DNA of 64,000 bases from Felis catus (GCF_018350175.1 NC_058368.1:11594001-11658000), one strand, 5' to 3'; positions 11,340 through 24,020 are shown, counted from the first letter of the stretch. The notes: generated by a model not told the origin, from the letters alone. A program made the numbers and translations.

Positions 11340-12560
11340 TTTTGAAGGAGAGGGACAGTGTGAAGTAAAGAGAGGAGTCAAGGAGTTCAGTGCCAAGGTG
11401 TTTGGTCTGAGCACATGAGAGGAGAGAGCTGTCATTTACTGAGAGGGAAAGAGAACAAGAAAAAGAGATGTGTGTGGGAAGGGTGAAGAGCTCAGTTTGG
11501 TCAGTTAAGTTTTAGATGCTTAGTCTAAACAGAAATTTCTGCCTGACAGTTGGGGATGCAGGAGTCTGGGGAAGCGGTCTGGGCTGAAGATATAAACTGG
11601 GACATCATCAACGTACAGGTGCCGTTTAAAGCTGTGAGACTGGATGAGGTCAGTGGGTGTGGGAGTAGCTAGAGAGGTGGCTCGGACACTCTGACGCTTA
11701 GAAGCAGGAAGATGTAAAGGAACCAGGAAAAGAAACAAGAGGAGCAGCCTGAGGAGTGGGAGGAATACCTAGGGAGTGAGCTGCCCTGAGAGCCCAGAGG
11801 GAAGAGCTCCAGAGAGAGGGGACTGATTCGGTCTCGGATGGCATTTGATAGCTGAGACAGGGAGGCGAGGGCCAGGAAGGGGCTGCTGGCTTGAGCCCCA
11901 GGAGGAGCCAGTCTGATGGCAAGGCGGGCAGGGGGGTGGAAGGAGAGGCACGCGCACAGTGGACACAGGCATTATAAGGTCATGCTTCAAGCACCGAAGG
12001 GAAATGGAGCACTCACAAGAGGGAGAATTGGGATCAAGAGAATGTCTGTGTTTTCCAGTGCAAGTGCTACTAGCATCCCGATGAGATCGTGTAGACTGAC
12101 TAGAAAGGTCCAATAACGGGGGTGAATGTTTTTAGAGGTGGGGAGCAGCAGCGAGCCAAGAGCAGGGGAGGCAACTACCCCAGCCTGACGTCCTGTAGCA
12201 CAAGAGGTCTGCAGGGGGCAGCAGTGGCCTCGGAGGAGGAGGAGGAGGAGGAGGAGGAGGAGGAGGAGGAGGAGGAGGAGGAGGAGGAGAAGGAGAGGAG
12301 CCAGGTCTCAGTTACAGCAGGCCGGTAAAGACAGCACTTAAGGAATGGTTGAGGGTAGTGAGGACTTGTCCAGTGAAGGTGTTCCAGGCGACAGGGAGAG
12401 GTAGGAGACGGTGCGAAAGGAGGTAGTGTATGAAACTTTCTGGAGATGGGAAATACGGCAGGACCCGGGAGCCTGGCTGCTTGTGGAGACTTACCTGAGA
12501 TCACTTCTCATGGCCCCAAGGCAGATAGCGGTGAGGAGGTGAGGTGCACGGGAGGAAAAC
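11340..12560 (-). mobile_element. L2 LINE ORF2 remnant
   Basis: Minus-strand translation DLIQSHSFKRHLYVDDVPVYIFSPD is a degenerate RT YADD region typical of L2. Confidence 0.8.
12232..12289 (+). repeat. (GGA)19 trinucleotide microsatellite
   Basis: Uninterrupted run read directly. Confidence 0.98.
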
Positions 12561-12736
12561 GTGTGGAGACCTGCCAGGACCCAGTGGTTCTTGACTTTCT
12601 ACCGTGTCCAAGACCATTTTTCCCCCTCTTAGTTACTGAGTAATGGCTGCGAACTTGAGTTTCTTTCCACTATATATTGCCCATCTCTGGGAGATACTAG
12701 CTCTGTTCATCATTTTTCCTGGTTCCGTGAGTCCCC

Positions 12737-13170
12737 TGTGATTAATCTGCATTGCTGCCATAACTAAGTACCACAAACTGGGGGAGCATAAACAACCAAA
12801 ATTTACTGTCTCAGTTCTGCAGACCAGAAGTCCGAAAGCAAGGTGTCGGCAGAGTTGGTTCCTTCTGAGGCTGTGAGGGAGACGTGTTCAGCGCCTTGCT
12901 CCCCGCACCCGCTGGTTTGCTGGCAATCTTTACTGCTCCGTGGCTTATAGGTGCACCACCACGATCTCTGCCTTCATCTGCACGTGACTTTCTCTCTGTG
13001 TGCGTGTCTGTGTCCAAACTTCCCCTTTGTATAAGGACATTGATCGTCACAACTGCATCTTAACTTGATTACGTCTGCAAAGACCTTGTTTCCAAATAAG
13101 GTCACGCTCACAGGTACTGGGGGTCAGGACTTCAACATCTTGAGTGGGGGACACAGTTCAAGCACCAACA
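12737..13170. mobile_element. MaLR solo LTR (MLT1-like)
   Basis: tg...gctgccataactaagtaccacaaactggg...aaggtgtcggcagagttggttccttctgaggc...tttccaaataaggtcac...ca. Confidence 0.85.
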
Positions 13171-14059
13171 CCCTGGAATGTTCACTTCTGTCAGTCCTGG
13201 TCGTCTGCTTTTCCCCTGCAGCCATGTTCATTATTTGCGATCAGAAGAGGAAAAAGGTAAGATGCCCATTCCATTTGCTTTTCTTCAGGTTTACAGGTAA
13301 TAGAATTCTCAAATTTTCACCAGTTTGGGGACGGAGATTAGAAGCTGAGCCCCTTCTGTGCCTGGCCTATCCACACTCTCGTTTCTTTCTTTCATCACCA
13401 GTTTTTAAATTTTACATCAGAATATTCCTCATTTGGGTTTTTAGTGAACATTTCTTTTTTTTTTTTTTTTTTTTTTTAGTTTGATGTTAAATGTTAGAGG
13501 AAAAAATTCTCTTCGAACGTTTCGAAGTGCCACCTTAAACCCGAAGTAGTACTTATCTAACACTCAAATCTACTGATGATGGTTCCTGGCTTAAAATCTT
13601 CAGTGGCTCCTGTCCCTTAGAAAATGAAACCCACACTCCTTCATAGGCCTGAAAAACTCTTCAGCTGCCTCAAACCACCACCCCACACACCTCAGCTAAA
13701 CTATGCCACTTCATGTGCCTGATGCATTATATATAACATTTAACACTTTCAACCTTTAAAAAATACACCTTACTAACAATGCCCTTTGTCCTCCTGTCTA
13801 AAGGAGTTGGAGAACCGTTGTCATTCGCTATTCAGCCCAGCTGAATAATGTTCCTCCCCAGCTGGGTGCTTATGCCAACTTAGATCTTCCCTCCTCAGTT
13901 TCTGTAGCGTTTAGTGCGTTGGGTTGCTTCAGCATCCGTCACGTGGCCCATGATCCTGTGTCCACGTTTCTGAACCTCCTCCCCACCAATGATACTGTGA
14001 TCTCTTCAAGGACAGGGACTCAGTTTTAGTTTCTTTCTGTCCCCACTTCTAACAAAATG

Positions 14060-14260
14060 GGGCGGGGGGAGTGGGTAATTGTTGAAAACTTCACATATAT
14101 ACATAAAGTGCTGGTAGTAATGCTGTTCATTTGCTGTTATCATCCCTCTGTACAGATGGGGAGACCGGAGCTCAGAGATGTTAAATAACCTGCCCACGGT
14201 CACAATTATATAAACGATTGGAACCCATACTTTCAGGCTCTAATGCCTATGTGTTCTTCT
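14060..14260. mobile_element. MIR
   Basis: tacagatggggagaccggagctcagagatgttaaataacctgcccacggtcac. Confidence 0.75.
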
Positions 14261-15424
14261 TCTGCTTCAGCTAACAAAGCCAAACCAAACCCAACCGTCT
14301 GAGAGTTGGGCTTGAAGTAGGGACTACTGTGTGTTCAATCTGTTGTGTTACTATATTACAAACACTGTGGCATCCGATGAATTAATTAAACGAGATCACT
14401 TCTTAGGTCCGTTTCCCAGGAAACACTGAGATTTTCATGCAGATGTATTGGAAAGTGCACTCAGGAGCAGCACCTGTGGGGAAGCAGCAGCTGCCTCTGG
14501 GCAGAGAGGGGAGCTGCGGAGTGGGGGGGGGGGGGGAGTGTGGGGGGCGCTCAGGGAGCCGTGCAGCGCTTGGCAGAGGGGGGAGCCCTGCAGTGCCGTT
14601 GCTGCAGAGGTACAGCAGTCCCGGTCTGGTGGGGATTCTGCAGCTGGCGTGTCTCTTGGCGAGAATTTGTGAAGTGGCCTCACATACTGCTGTGTGCTTT
14701 AGCCTTTCAGTGAAACTTTCGAAAAAGAATTTAAAGGGAACAGTGGATTCTGCGTGTGTTCGGAACAATCCCAGACTGCAAACCTGCAGAATAATCCCTC
14801 TTATCCTTTTATTTTCTTGATTTTTTCAGTGCCAACATTCTAAAAGTGTTACTTGAAAAAAGTTCTTCCAGTTGTTACCATTTGTACGAGATGTGTGGTA
14901 ATTACAGAAAATTTTCTATTTTTTTTCAGTGTATATAATTTGATCTAGGTATGAAACCTGTACTGAGGAAAAAATGAAATGAGGGAGCTATCCTGGAAGC
15001 TTATTTTCATATTTTGCATTTTCTAAATGTTTTTCAGTAAACAAGTATTGCTTTTAAAATTGGGGGGAAAACATAGTTTAAAGAAGCACATTTGAGAGAA
15101 GGGCTGTAATCATTTTGAATATAATTAGAGGCAAATTCCCAAATTAGAAAATTGAACATACTTGGGAAACATAATTTCTCTAAAAGCAGTATTTAATATT
15201 TAGGATTACAATCCATTAAATGAATCTACTTATAAAATTGAAAACAGTGAAAGGAATAACCATCATTTGCAACAGGATAAACAAATCATTATCTGAGAAT
15301 GGCAATTCTTTGGGTTCCTATCATTTAAAAGGGAAACATAATTCTTAAAGTAACAGAGACAAGAAATTCTAAATCGTTAGATTAAATGGTGAGTGCCTCA
15401 GTCCTGTCTCTTCCCATTTTTGGC

Positions 15425-17150
15425 ATTGAAACTTTTTCACTTTTTATTTTGAATAATTTCAGGCCTTCAGAAAAGTTGCAAAACTAATGCAGACTTTACA
15501 ATTATCCCTCCCCCAGCTTCCCCTAATGTCAGCATCTTGTGTGACCATGGTACCATTATTAGAATCAGGAAGTTAACATTGGCATAGTATTATTACCTGC
15601 AGTGTAGATTTAAGTGTAGATTTATGCTTTTTTACTTCTTCTGTTCCAGGATCCCACTTTCATGTAATCATCATTTCTCCCGAGTCTCCGCTCGTCTTTA
15701 ACAGTTCCCCAGTCTTCTCTTGGTTATTTTTTTTTTTTATGTTTATTTACTTTTGACAGAGAGAGAGAGACAGAGCATGAGTGGGGGAGGGGTAGAGAGA
15801 GGGGGAGACACAGAATCCGAAACAGGCTCCAGGCTCCGAGCTGTCAGCACAGAGTCCGACACAGGGCTCGAGCTCATGGATTGCGAGATCATGACCTGAG
15901 CCAAAGTCAGACCGTCAACTGACTGAGCCACCAGGTGCCCCTCTCCAGTCTTCTCCCGTTTTCCCCAATCTTGACTCTCTTGAATAGACTGATCATGTTG
16001 TAGCATTTTCCTCAACTTGGGTTTGTCTGATTTTTTCTCCTGATTGGAATAAGGTTATACATGTTTGGCAAAAGTGCCACAGAAACAGTGTTGTGTCTGT
16101 CCGCCTCCCCATCAAGGGTTTAATGATGCTGATATTGCTTGTCACTGGGAGCGGCAGCCTTGAGGTCTGTAACCTTAACCTTAAAGGAGATTCCTTGAGA
16201 CTATGCAAGTCCAATTTCACCTCAAACTTTCACCAATTAATTTTAGCATCTATCAGCTGATTTTGTTTGCAGCAGTTTTTACTGTAGTGTTTGCCTAATG
16301 ATTTCCTTTTTTTTCTTTCTTCTTTCATTCTCCATTTATTGGAGCTCTACTATAAGGAAGAGCTGCCCCTTTTCCCCAAATTTACTTTCTTATTTGATTT
16401 ATATCAGTATGGACGAATGAATATGTATTTTAGTCTGTGGGTTACAATTCAATACCTGCATTATTTTGTTGTTTAGATTGTTTCCGTTTGGGCCACTAGG
16501 AGTTTTTTCAGATTGACTCCTATAATTTTGCGAGCACCTCTTTTCAGCATTACAAGATGTTCCAGGTTCATCTTATATGTTCCTTGCCCCAATCAAGTTG
16601 AACCAACTACTTCTCAAAGAAACCCTGGATCACTTTTTTTTTTCTTTCTTTTTTTTTTTTTTTTTTTCTTTCCTTTTTTTTTTTTTTTTTTTTTTTTTGA
16701 GAAAACTGTGTTTATAGCCATGACCTGATGGCTAGGTACACTCATTACTGCACAAGCATCATTGCTTCTAGGCCCTATCAGACAGAAGGAGCCAGGAAGT
16801 ATGTGTGTATATTCTATTGTGGATTTCCTCCTCTGTGGTTGGGCTTGTTTGTTGGTGGGATAGGTGAAGCGTGTGTGAAACACTGGTTCTAAGAATCCGC
16901 TGCACAAAGACATACCAAGGGAAGCATCACTTTTCATTCCTTCCACCCCAGTGCTGTTTCTCCCCTGCTTTCTACCCACGTCCTGTCTCTGTAGTTTCTG
17001 CTTTATCCTTCCTGTATTTGTTCTCCACAAGTGGACAGATACATGTACAATTTCTTATATCAACTTCTTATATGAAAAGTAACAGACTTTAATTTTTGTG
17101 CGTGTGCGTGCTTTTCTTTTTTCACTGAACAGTATCAGTTCATAGCAAGC
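15425..17150 (-). mobile_element. Old L1M (L1MC/ME-like) 3' fragments, interrupted by a SINE and a poly-T tract
   Basis: ttttattttgaataatttcaggccttcagaaaagttgcaaaa... motifs; boundaries approximate. Confidence 0.6.
15728..15941 (-). mobile_element. Can-SINE
   Basis: Reverse SINE ending gccaccaggtgccc. Confidence 0.93.
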
Positions 17151-17163
17151 TATCTCATTCTTT

Positions 17164-18550
17164 ATTTCTTTTTAATTCCTAGATATTCTATTTTTAGTGC
17201 AATTGTGAATGGGATTTTCTTAATTTCTCTTTCTGCTAGTTATTAGTAAATAGAAACACTATAGATTTCTGTGCATTAATTTTGTATCCTGAAACTTGAA
17301 TGAATTCATGGATCAGTTCTAGTAGTTTTTTTGATGGAGTCCTTATGGTTTTCTATATAGTGTCATGTCATCTGCAAAGAGTGAAAGTTTAATTTCTTTC
17401 TTACCAATTTGGATCATTTTTTTTCTTTTTTGTCTAATTGCTGCAGCTAGGATATCTAGTACTGTGTTGAATAAAAATGGTGAGAGTGGACATCTTTGTC
17501 TTGTTCCTGATTTTAGGGGGAAAGCTCTCAGTTTTTTACCACTGAGTATGATGTTGGGTTTTTCATATGTTCCCTCTAACCCTGCTTTGTTGAGGATTCT
17601 CATCATGAATGGGTGTTGTACTTTGCCAGATCCTTTTTCTGCTTCTGTTGAGATGATCATATGATTTTTTATCCTTTCTCTTCTTGATGTAATGTATTGT
17701 GGTGATTAATTTGCAAATATTGAACCACTCTTGTATCCTGGGAATGAAACCCCTTTGATTGTGGTGAATGGTTTCTTTAATGTATTGTTGGATTCAGTTT
17801 CCTAATGTTTTGTTGAGGATTTGTTCATCGGGCATATTGGCGTGTAGTTTGTTTTCAAGTGTCTATCTGGTTTTGATATCAGGATAATGCTGTACTCATA
17901 GAGTGTATTTGGGAGTCTTCCTTCCTCTTCTGTTTTTTGAACTAGTTTGAGAAGAATAGGTATTCACTGTTACTTAAATGTTCACCTGTGAATTCACCTG
18001 TGAAGCCATCTGGTCCTGGGCTTTTGTTTATTGGGAATTGTTTGATTACTGATTCATTTTCATTGCTAGTAATCAGTCTGTCCAAATTTTCTGTTTCTTC
18101 CTGATTCAGTTTTGGGAGGTTACATGTTTCTAAGAATTTATGCATTTCTCCTAGATTGTCCAACTTGTTGGCATATACTTTTTCATAATGTGATCTTTGT
18201 ATTTTTACTATTTCTCCTCCTTCATTTGTGATTTTGTTTGAGCCCTCTTTTTCTTGAGGAGTCTGGCTTTGGTCTGGTTTACCAATTTTGTTTATCTTTT
18301 CAAAGATCCAGCTTCTGGTTTCATTGATCTTTTTTTTTTTTTTTTTTTTGTCTCATTTATTTCTGCTCTAATCTTTATAATTTCTTTCCTTCTACTAGCT
18401 TTGGATTTTGTTTGTTCTTTTTCTGTTTCCTTTGGGTGTAAGTTTAGGTTGTTTATTAGGGATTTTTCTTATTTCTTGAAGTAGGCCTGTATTGCTATAA
18501 TCTTCCCTGTTAGAACAGCTTTTGCTTCTCCCCAAAGATCTTGGACCGTT
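17164..18550 (-). mobile_element. Carnivore L1 internal ORF2 fragment
   Basis: Frameshifted ORF2 pieces: [22 protein letters not shown]…[10 protein letters not shown] and PINKSPGPDGFTGEF. Confidence 0.92.
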
Positions 18551-19021
18551 TGTTTACAGAGCACTTCCTCATTCTTTTGTACAGCTGCATAGTACAAAAT
18601 TGTATGAATGTGCCAGTGTTTGTCCCTACCGCTCTCCTGTGCTTCAGTGAGTAGCCTTGTACAGAGTGTTTTCGTGAATCTTGTTCATATATATCTCACT
18701 ATTATTGGAAGTACATCTTCAGAATTGAGTACTAAAAGTGGGTTGCTGGGTGGAAAGGTAAGTGTGTGTCATTTTGCTGGGTTCTACCAGTTTTTTCTCC
18801 AGAGGGTTACACAAATTTGTATTCCCACCAGCAATGTATGAGTATACCTGCTTCCCCATGGCCTCAGTAACAGAATATGTTGTCATATTAACACTGAAAT
18901 TTTAACACCATAAACAGCAGGTTATTTTGGAAATTCTGAGCTTTCTCTAAACTTATTTTGGTCTGTTTTACTATTAGCATACCAAAACAAATAGGCATAT
19001 TAGAACTTCCTTGAATTTTTT

Positions 19022-19229
19022 TTTTTCAACGTTTATTTATTTTGGGGACAGAGAGAGACAGAGCATGAACGGGGGAGGGGCAGAGAGAGAGGGAGACACA
19101 GAATCGGAAACAGGCTCCAGACTCCGAGCCATCAGCCCTGAGCCTGACGCGGGGCTCGAACTCGCGGACCGCGAGATCGTGACCTGGCTGAAGTCGGACG
19201 CTTAACCGACTGCGCCACCCAGGCGCCCC
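19022..19229 (-). mobile_element. Very young felid SINE (SINEC_Fc), 70 nt upstream of BRCA2 exon 25
   Basis: CpGs retained; perfect 15-nt TSD ttccttgaatttttt at 19007-19021 and 19230-19244. Confidence 0.96.
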
Positions 19230-19299
19230 TTCCTTGAATTTTTTAAAATTTATCTGACATATGTAATGAAGTGGAATTTTTTGTTTTGTTTCATCTTAG

Positions 19300-19544
19300 G
19301 TTTTGCTCCTTTGGTCTATTTGTCAGATGAGTGCCATAATTTATTGGCAATCAAGGTCTGGACCGATCTTAATGAAGACATTGTTAAACCTCATACATTA
19401 ATTGCTGCTAGCAACCTCCAGTGGCGACCAGAATCTAAATCAGGAATTCCTACTTTATTTGCTGGAGATTTTTCCAGGTTTTCTGCCAGTCCAAAGGAGG
19501 GCCATTTTCAAGAGACATTCCACAAAATGAAAAATACTATTGAG
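19300..19544 (+). CDS. BRCA2: BRCA2 exon 25 (245 nt), OB3
   Basis: tcttag|GTTTTG...ATTGAG|gtaaaa; [81 protein letters not shown]. Confidence 0.97.
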
Positions 19545-20196
19545 GTAAAATTACTTTGGGCATTACCACGCATTTTGGTATTTTCTTATTTTGATGGTCA
19601 AATATCAAGGAAATGGTGGCTTCTATGAAAATTGAATAGTCGGGAAATAATGTGAGATGAGGGTTCCTCAAAGATGAATTGCTCAGGAGCCTGAGGAGAT
19701 GGGGGGACAACAGCTAGGAGAAAGTGACTTGAAGGGGATTGAGTGAGGAGAAATCCTGAGGAGGATGTTCAGAGCTACACGTCATGTGGGCAACAAGAAT
19801 GAGTTACCCATGGTTCATAGCAGTATCATTAGTTAATAACCAGCAGATTCCAAATTCACATTTTAAACTCCCTATCTAGTATTTTATAGTTTATGTCTGT
19901 CCTTGATTTGAAATAATCTCAAATAGGAGAATACTGAAATTATTTTCCTTGGGTAATGTATACATTTTATGCTTAAATTTATACATATAGCAAGTAATAA
20001 TTATTAGCTACAGTTTTAGAGTGCTTGCTGTATGTCAGGCCTTGTTCATAGCCTGTCGCATTCAATTCTTCCACCAATCCTATGAGGTGGGGAACTGTTT
20101 TTCCATTTTATTGATGAAAAACAGCGAGATTAACTCACACAGCCAAGTTGTTAGAAGCAAGATTCATACTTAAGCTCTCTGAGTTCACAGCCCCAA

Positions 20197-20388
20197 CTTT
20201 TTTTTTTTTTTTTTTTTCTGAGAGACAGGGAGGGAGGGGCAGAGCGAGAGGGAGACACAGAATCCTTAGCAGGCTCTAGGCTCTGAGCTATCAGCACGGA
20301 GCCCGAGATGGGGCTCAGACTCACAAACCACAAGATATGACCTGAACTGAAGTCAGATGCTTAACTGACTGCGCCACCCAAGTGCCCC
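20197..20388 (-). mobile_element. Can-SINE inserted in a MIR
   Basis: Reverse SINE; MIR motifs on both sides (20010-20190, 20390-20430); TSD-like agcccca(a/c)ct. Confidence 0.9.
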
Positions 20389-21295
20389 TGCATAGCCCCA
20401 CCTATTAACCACTGTGCAATGCTGCCTCCCAATAAAATTTTGGATTTTATAAATTGCTAACTAGTAAAGAATCTTCAAGATAAGGCTGTTAGTTTGATAC
20501 CTGAAATGTGTGTTGTTCAAAATATATATATAAATAAAATTATATTTTAAAAGCATCAGAGTAGCCAGCTGTATAAAGGAAGTTTGTGTAATATTTTACC
20601 TAAAGACTCAATATATATTATAGTGAAGAATAACACCCTAATTGATCTGGTTTCTAAATTGGGGGTGGAGTGGGAATTATATTCACAATTTGGCCTTCAT
20701 ACAGATGAAAAACATCCCAGGATTTCTCCCAGGTTTTATTCAAGGATTGCTCAGAGACAACTGTTATTTACATAGCATTTTTAACTTTACAAAATACTCT
20801 CATGAATTAGGTTAAATTATATAAACCTGCTGGTATTCGACCAGTTGTAACTTCTGAAACAACAGTTTTATGTGGCTTAACCTATACATTGTTTCCGTTC
20901 TTAGAACAGACGTGAGGCAGTTGTCTCATTTTACTACTAACCCAGGGCATACTCTATAGATGTTAGGTGATTTACAGCTATTAGGTAGGAAATAGAGCCG
21001 GAACTTGAGCCCCCATCTTCCAGCTCCTAATCCAGTACCGTGGAATACTGGCTGGTTGGCAAGATCTCTCCCGTCTCTTTCCTTCCCTGACGTACACACA
21101 CTCCCTCCCTCCCTCCCTCTGGCTTTGCATTTTTACACTGGTATATTGTTTGACAGTTGCTCTCAAATTTTGGGTGTGTCATTCTTTTTTTCTGGTCTGA
21201 ATCTTTTATTTCTAATTTTAAAGGTAACATTTTCTGAAAACATGAAAATGTGTATTTTCATTTTACAAAACAGCTTTTCCAATTTATTTTCTTAG

Positions 21296-21442
21296 AATGT
21301 TGACACGTTTTGCAACGATGCAGAAAACAAACTTGTGCATATACTTAATGCAAACAGTCCCAAGGTGTCCACCCCGACGAAAGACTATGCTTCAGAGCCA
21401 CACACCATTCAAACAGTCCTTGGCCTAGGAAATAAACTTTCA
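21296..21442 (+). CDS. BRCA2: BRCA2 exon 26 (147 nt)
   Basis: tcttag|AATGTT...CTTTCA|gtaagt; [49 protein letters not shown]. Confidence 0.96.
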
Positions 21443-21859
21443 GTAAGTTAATTGAAGGAATTTTATGAGTATTATGTATGCAGTCAATACTATATTCTGG
21501 TGTGCATGTGGTAAACTTGGTGAAATGGAATTAAACTTGACTAGAAAGTGTAGTTTATTGTTAAATGGCTCCTGTAAGTATAGGTTATCTGGAAATTATA
21601 TCTTGTTTATCAAAGCCAGAATGGAACCTTCTTCGGGGTTACATTTGACAAACAGGTGCTTTCATTTTTAGCATTGCAAGTGCATGTGATAGAAAATAGT
21701 GTTTTGCCTCTGTTTTGCCTCTGTCCTTTTGCTAGAGGGACTATTCTATACAGTTAGGGGTGTTTCTAAGCTCAGCTTAACTCTTTAAATCACCGTACAC
21801 GCAAATTAAGCTGTAAGGTCTGTAATACTGACTGACGACTAAATCTCAAGTAGCTAACA

Positions 21860-22030
21860 GTTGCTTAGTGTATCTGTATTAACTCATTTAATCTTTACCA
21901 CAACCCATGGGATGAAAATTATCTCTGTTTTGCAAATGAGGAAACTATGGTCTAGAGAGGTTGAACAGTTGCCTAAAGTCACAAAACTAGAAAAGTTAAG
22001 TATTAGAACCCAGGCAGTCTGTGCTCTTAA
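21860..22030. mobile_element. MIR
   Basis: tttgcaaatgaggaaactatggtctagagaggttgaacagttgcctaaagtcac. Confidence 0.75.
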
Positions 22031-22373
22031 AATGGTTTAAAAATGCTTATCTTTGTTTAAGCTGTTAATGAAAAAAGAAAAGATTCAAGAGTCAGTTAAA
22101 TCCCCCTGCCTCCCTTTTTGTCTTTTATTACAATTAGTCTTCATTCTGCTTTCTTTTTGTGTCATTTTTGTATCCTTTTATGCAAAACTGTTTCCTTCTG
22201 GAATGAGAACAATAATGTAAATGTCTCTTGAAATCATCTGACCTATGAGTCACGATGGGCGTGAGAATGTATGTGGTATTTGTGTGCTTAAATATTTCTA
22301 ACGAAAAGCTGATTTGATGATGTTTTATATATTAGTGCATCATTATCTAGGCTGCATTTTGTCTTTTTATCAG

Positions 22374-23012
22374 ATGTCTTCTCCCAATAGTGAGATGAAT
22401 TACCAGAGTCCTTTATCACTTTGTAAGCCGAAAGCAAAGTCTGTGCCCACACCTGGATCAGCCCAAATGACTTCAAAGTCTTGTTATAAAGGGGAGAGAG
22501 AGCTGGATGACCCGAAAACCTGCAAGAAGAGAAAAGCCTTAGATTTTTTGAGTAGACTGCCTTTACCTCCACCTGTTAGTCCCATTTGTACATTTGTTTC
22601 TCCCGCTGCACAGAAGGCATTTCAGCCACCACGGAGTTGTGGCACCAAATATGAAACACCTATAAAGAAAAGAGAGTTGAATTCCCCTCAGATGACTCCA
22701 CTGAAATTTAATGACACTTCCCTTGTGGAAAGTGATTCAATAGCTGACGAAGAACTTGCATTGATCAACACTCAAGCCCTTTTGTCTGGTTTGGCAGGAG
22801 AAGATCAACTTATGTCTCTCAATGACTCCCCTAGGACTGCTCCCACGAGCTCAAAAGATTATGTCAGGCCGAAAAGCTATCCTACTGCCCCTGGGATCCG
22901 AGACTGCGAGAACCCCCAGGCCAGCACCGAAGGAGGGGAGCCTGACGTGCAGGACACAGATACAGTAAAAAGGTCATCTATGAGACTGCAAAGGCGACAA
23001 CAGCAAACATGA
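22374..23012 (+). CDS. BRCA2: BRCA2 exon 27 coding part (212 aa + TGA): NLS motifs and C-terminal RAD51-binding TR2 region
   Basis: tatcag|ATGTCT; contains [50 protein letters not shown]; the Ser equivalent to human S3291 is codon 22599-22601. Confidence 0.98.
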   Translation: MSSPNSEMNYQSPLSLCKPKAKSVPTPGSAQMTSKSCYKGERELDDPKTCKKRKALDFLSRLPLPPPVSPICTFVSPAAQKAFQPPRSCGTKYETPIKKRELNSPQMTPLKFNDTSLVESDSIADEELALINTQALLSGLAGEDQLMSLNDSPRTAPTSSKDYVRPKSYPTAPGIRDCENPQASTEGGEPDVQDTDTVKRSSMRLQRRQQQT

Positions 23013-24020
23013 CGATAAGTCAGTTACTGACTCAGCCTCTCCAGTTTGTAAAAAATACAGCTTCAAACTGCACATCAGTGTTCGCATAATGAGAAAAACA
23101 GTTTCTAATTTCCCTGGGTGCCTGTCTGTCACAGGAATGCTCTTTGTCTGCCTCTGTGCTTTGATTTGTTACCGATCTTAAAATTGGATATTTATTAACT
23201 AATCAAGAAAAAAAATCTCCCTTAAATCTTTATGACTGAATTTGATCACTGGACTTGACCAAGTATTATTTTACAAAGTAACTTTTTCTTTAAATTGTGT
23301 CCTTAATTAAATGAAACTAGGTTCGTAAGTACAGTTATTTTGACTCCTGTAATTCTTTTTAGTTTAGTTCCTATTTTAGATGGTTTGGTTTAGTTTTGTT
23401 TCTCGGAGATAGCCCACTGTGACCCAGTTTTCCCTAACAAACGTGTTGATTCTCTTATAGTTCTATCCTGATTAAACGTCAGGAAGAGAAAGATGCAACA
23501 GTGGTGTTTTCTAAGACCCATTCTTCAACCGTAAGTCAGCATAACTACAAGAAAAACAGAATCCCCAATGTAATTCCTTTTTATGATTCCACTGTGATCT
23601 CTGAAATTATTTTAATTAAAAATTCAAGTACTTTAAATCAGATTTCATAGTGTTAATGTTTTTGTAACAAAATGATCATCTGCAACTTCAGAGAAAACTG
23701 TTCTTTCAAATTGGCACATTCTACCCACTTTATTTTTAGCCCTGTCACAGGACTCAGCAGTACTTCCTTTAAACCTGGTTTTCTCTAACCACCAAGGCAG
23801 ACAGTAATAGTTCAATATAAGAGGATATTCTCGTTTGTGACTTTCTTATGCTTAATGGAGAAAAGAGAATGCACTTCCAACCGGGAGCTGATAGCATGGA
23901 AAAGCTCTGAAATCAGGTCTTTTACTATGCCTTAAGTTTATATAAAATATCCTGTTTTCAAATCTAATTAGAAACGCATTTCAAAGCCAAGAATAAATCT
24001 TTTAAAAAGCAATTTTTTCT
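23013..24020 (+). other. BRCA2: BRCA2 3' UTR (end approximate) with candidate poly(A) signals
   Basis: Follows the stop; ATTAAA at 23306, 23471 and 23615, AATAAA at 23992; the cleavage site cannot be determined from sequence. Confidence 0.6.

Noticed and set aside
12122..12504. Poly-Glu and poly-Ser ORFs
   Set aside because: Produced by the (GGA)19 repeat within an L2 relic
9124..19299. IFIT-like processed pseudogene, which I recall lying in human BRCA2 intron 24
   Set aside because: No IFIT-like translation visible here; a TBLASTN would be needed to exclude a very degraded copy
22314..22373. Upstream extension of the exon 27 ORF (MMMFYIL...)
   Set aside because: Intronic read-through before the acceptor at 22373; the same applies to ORF-track extensions around other exons
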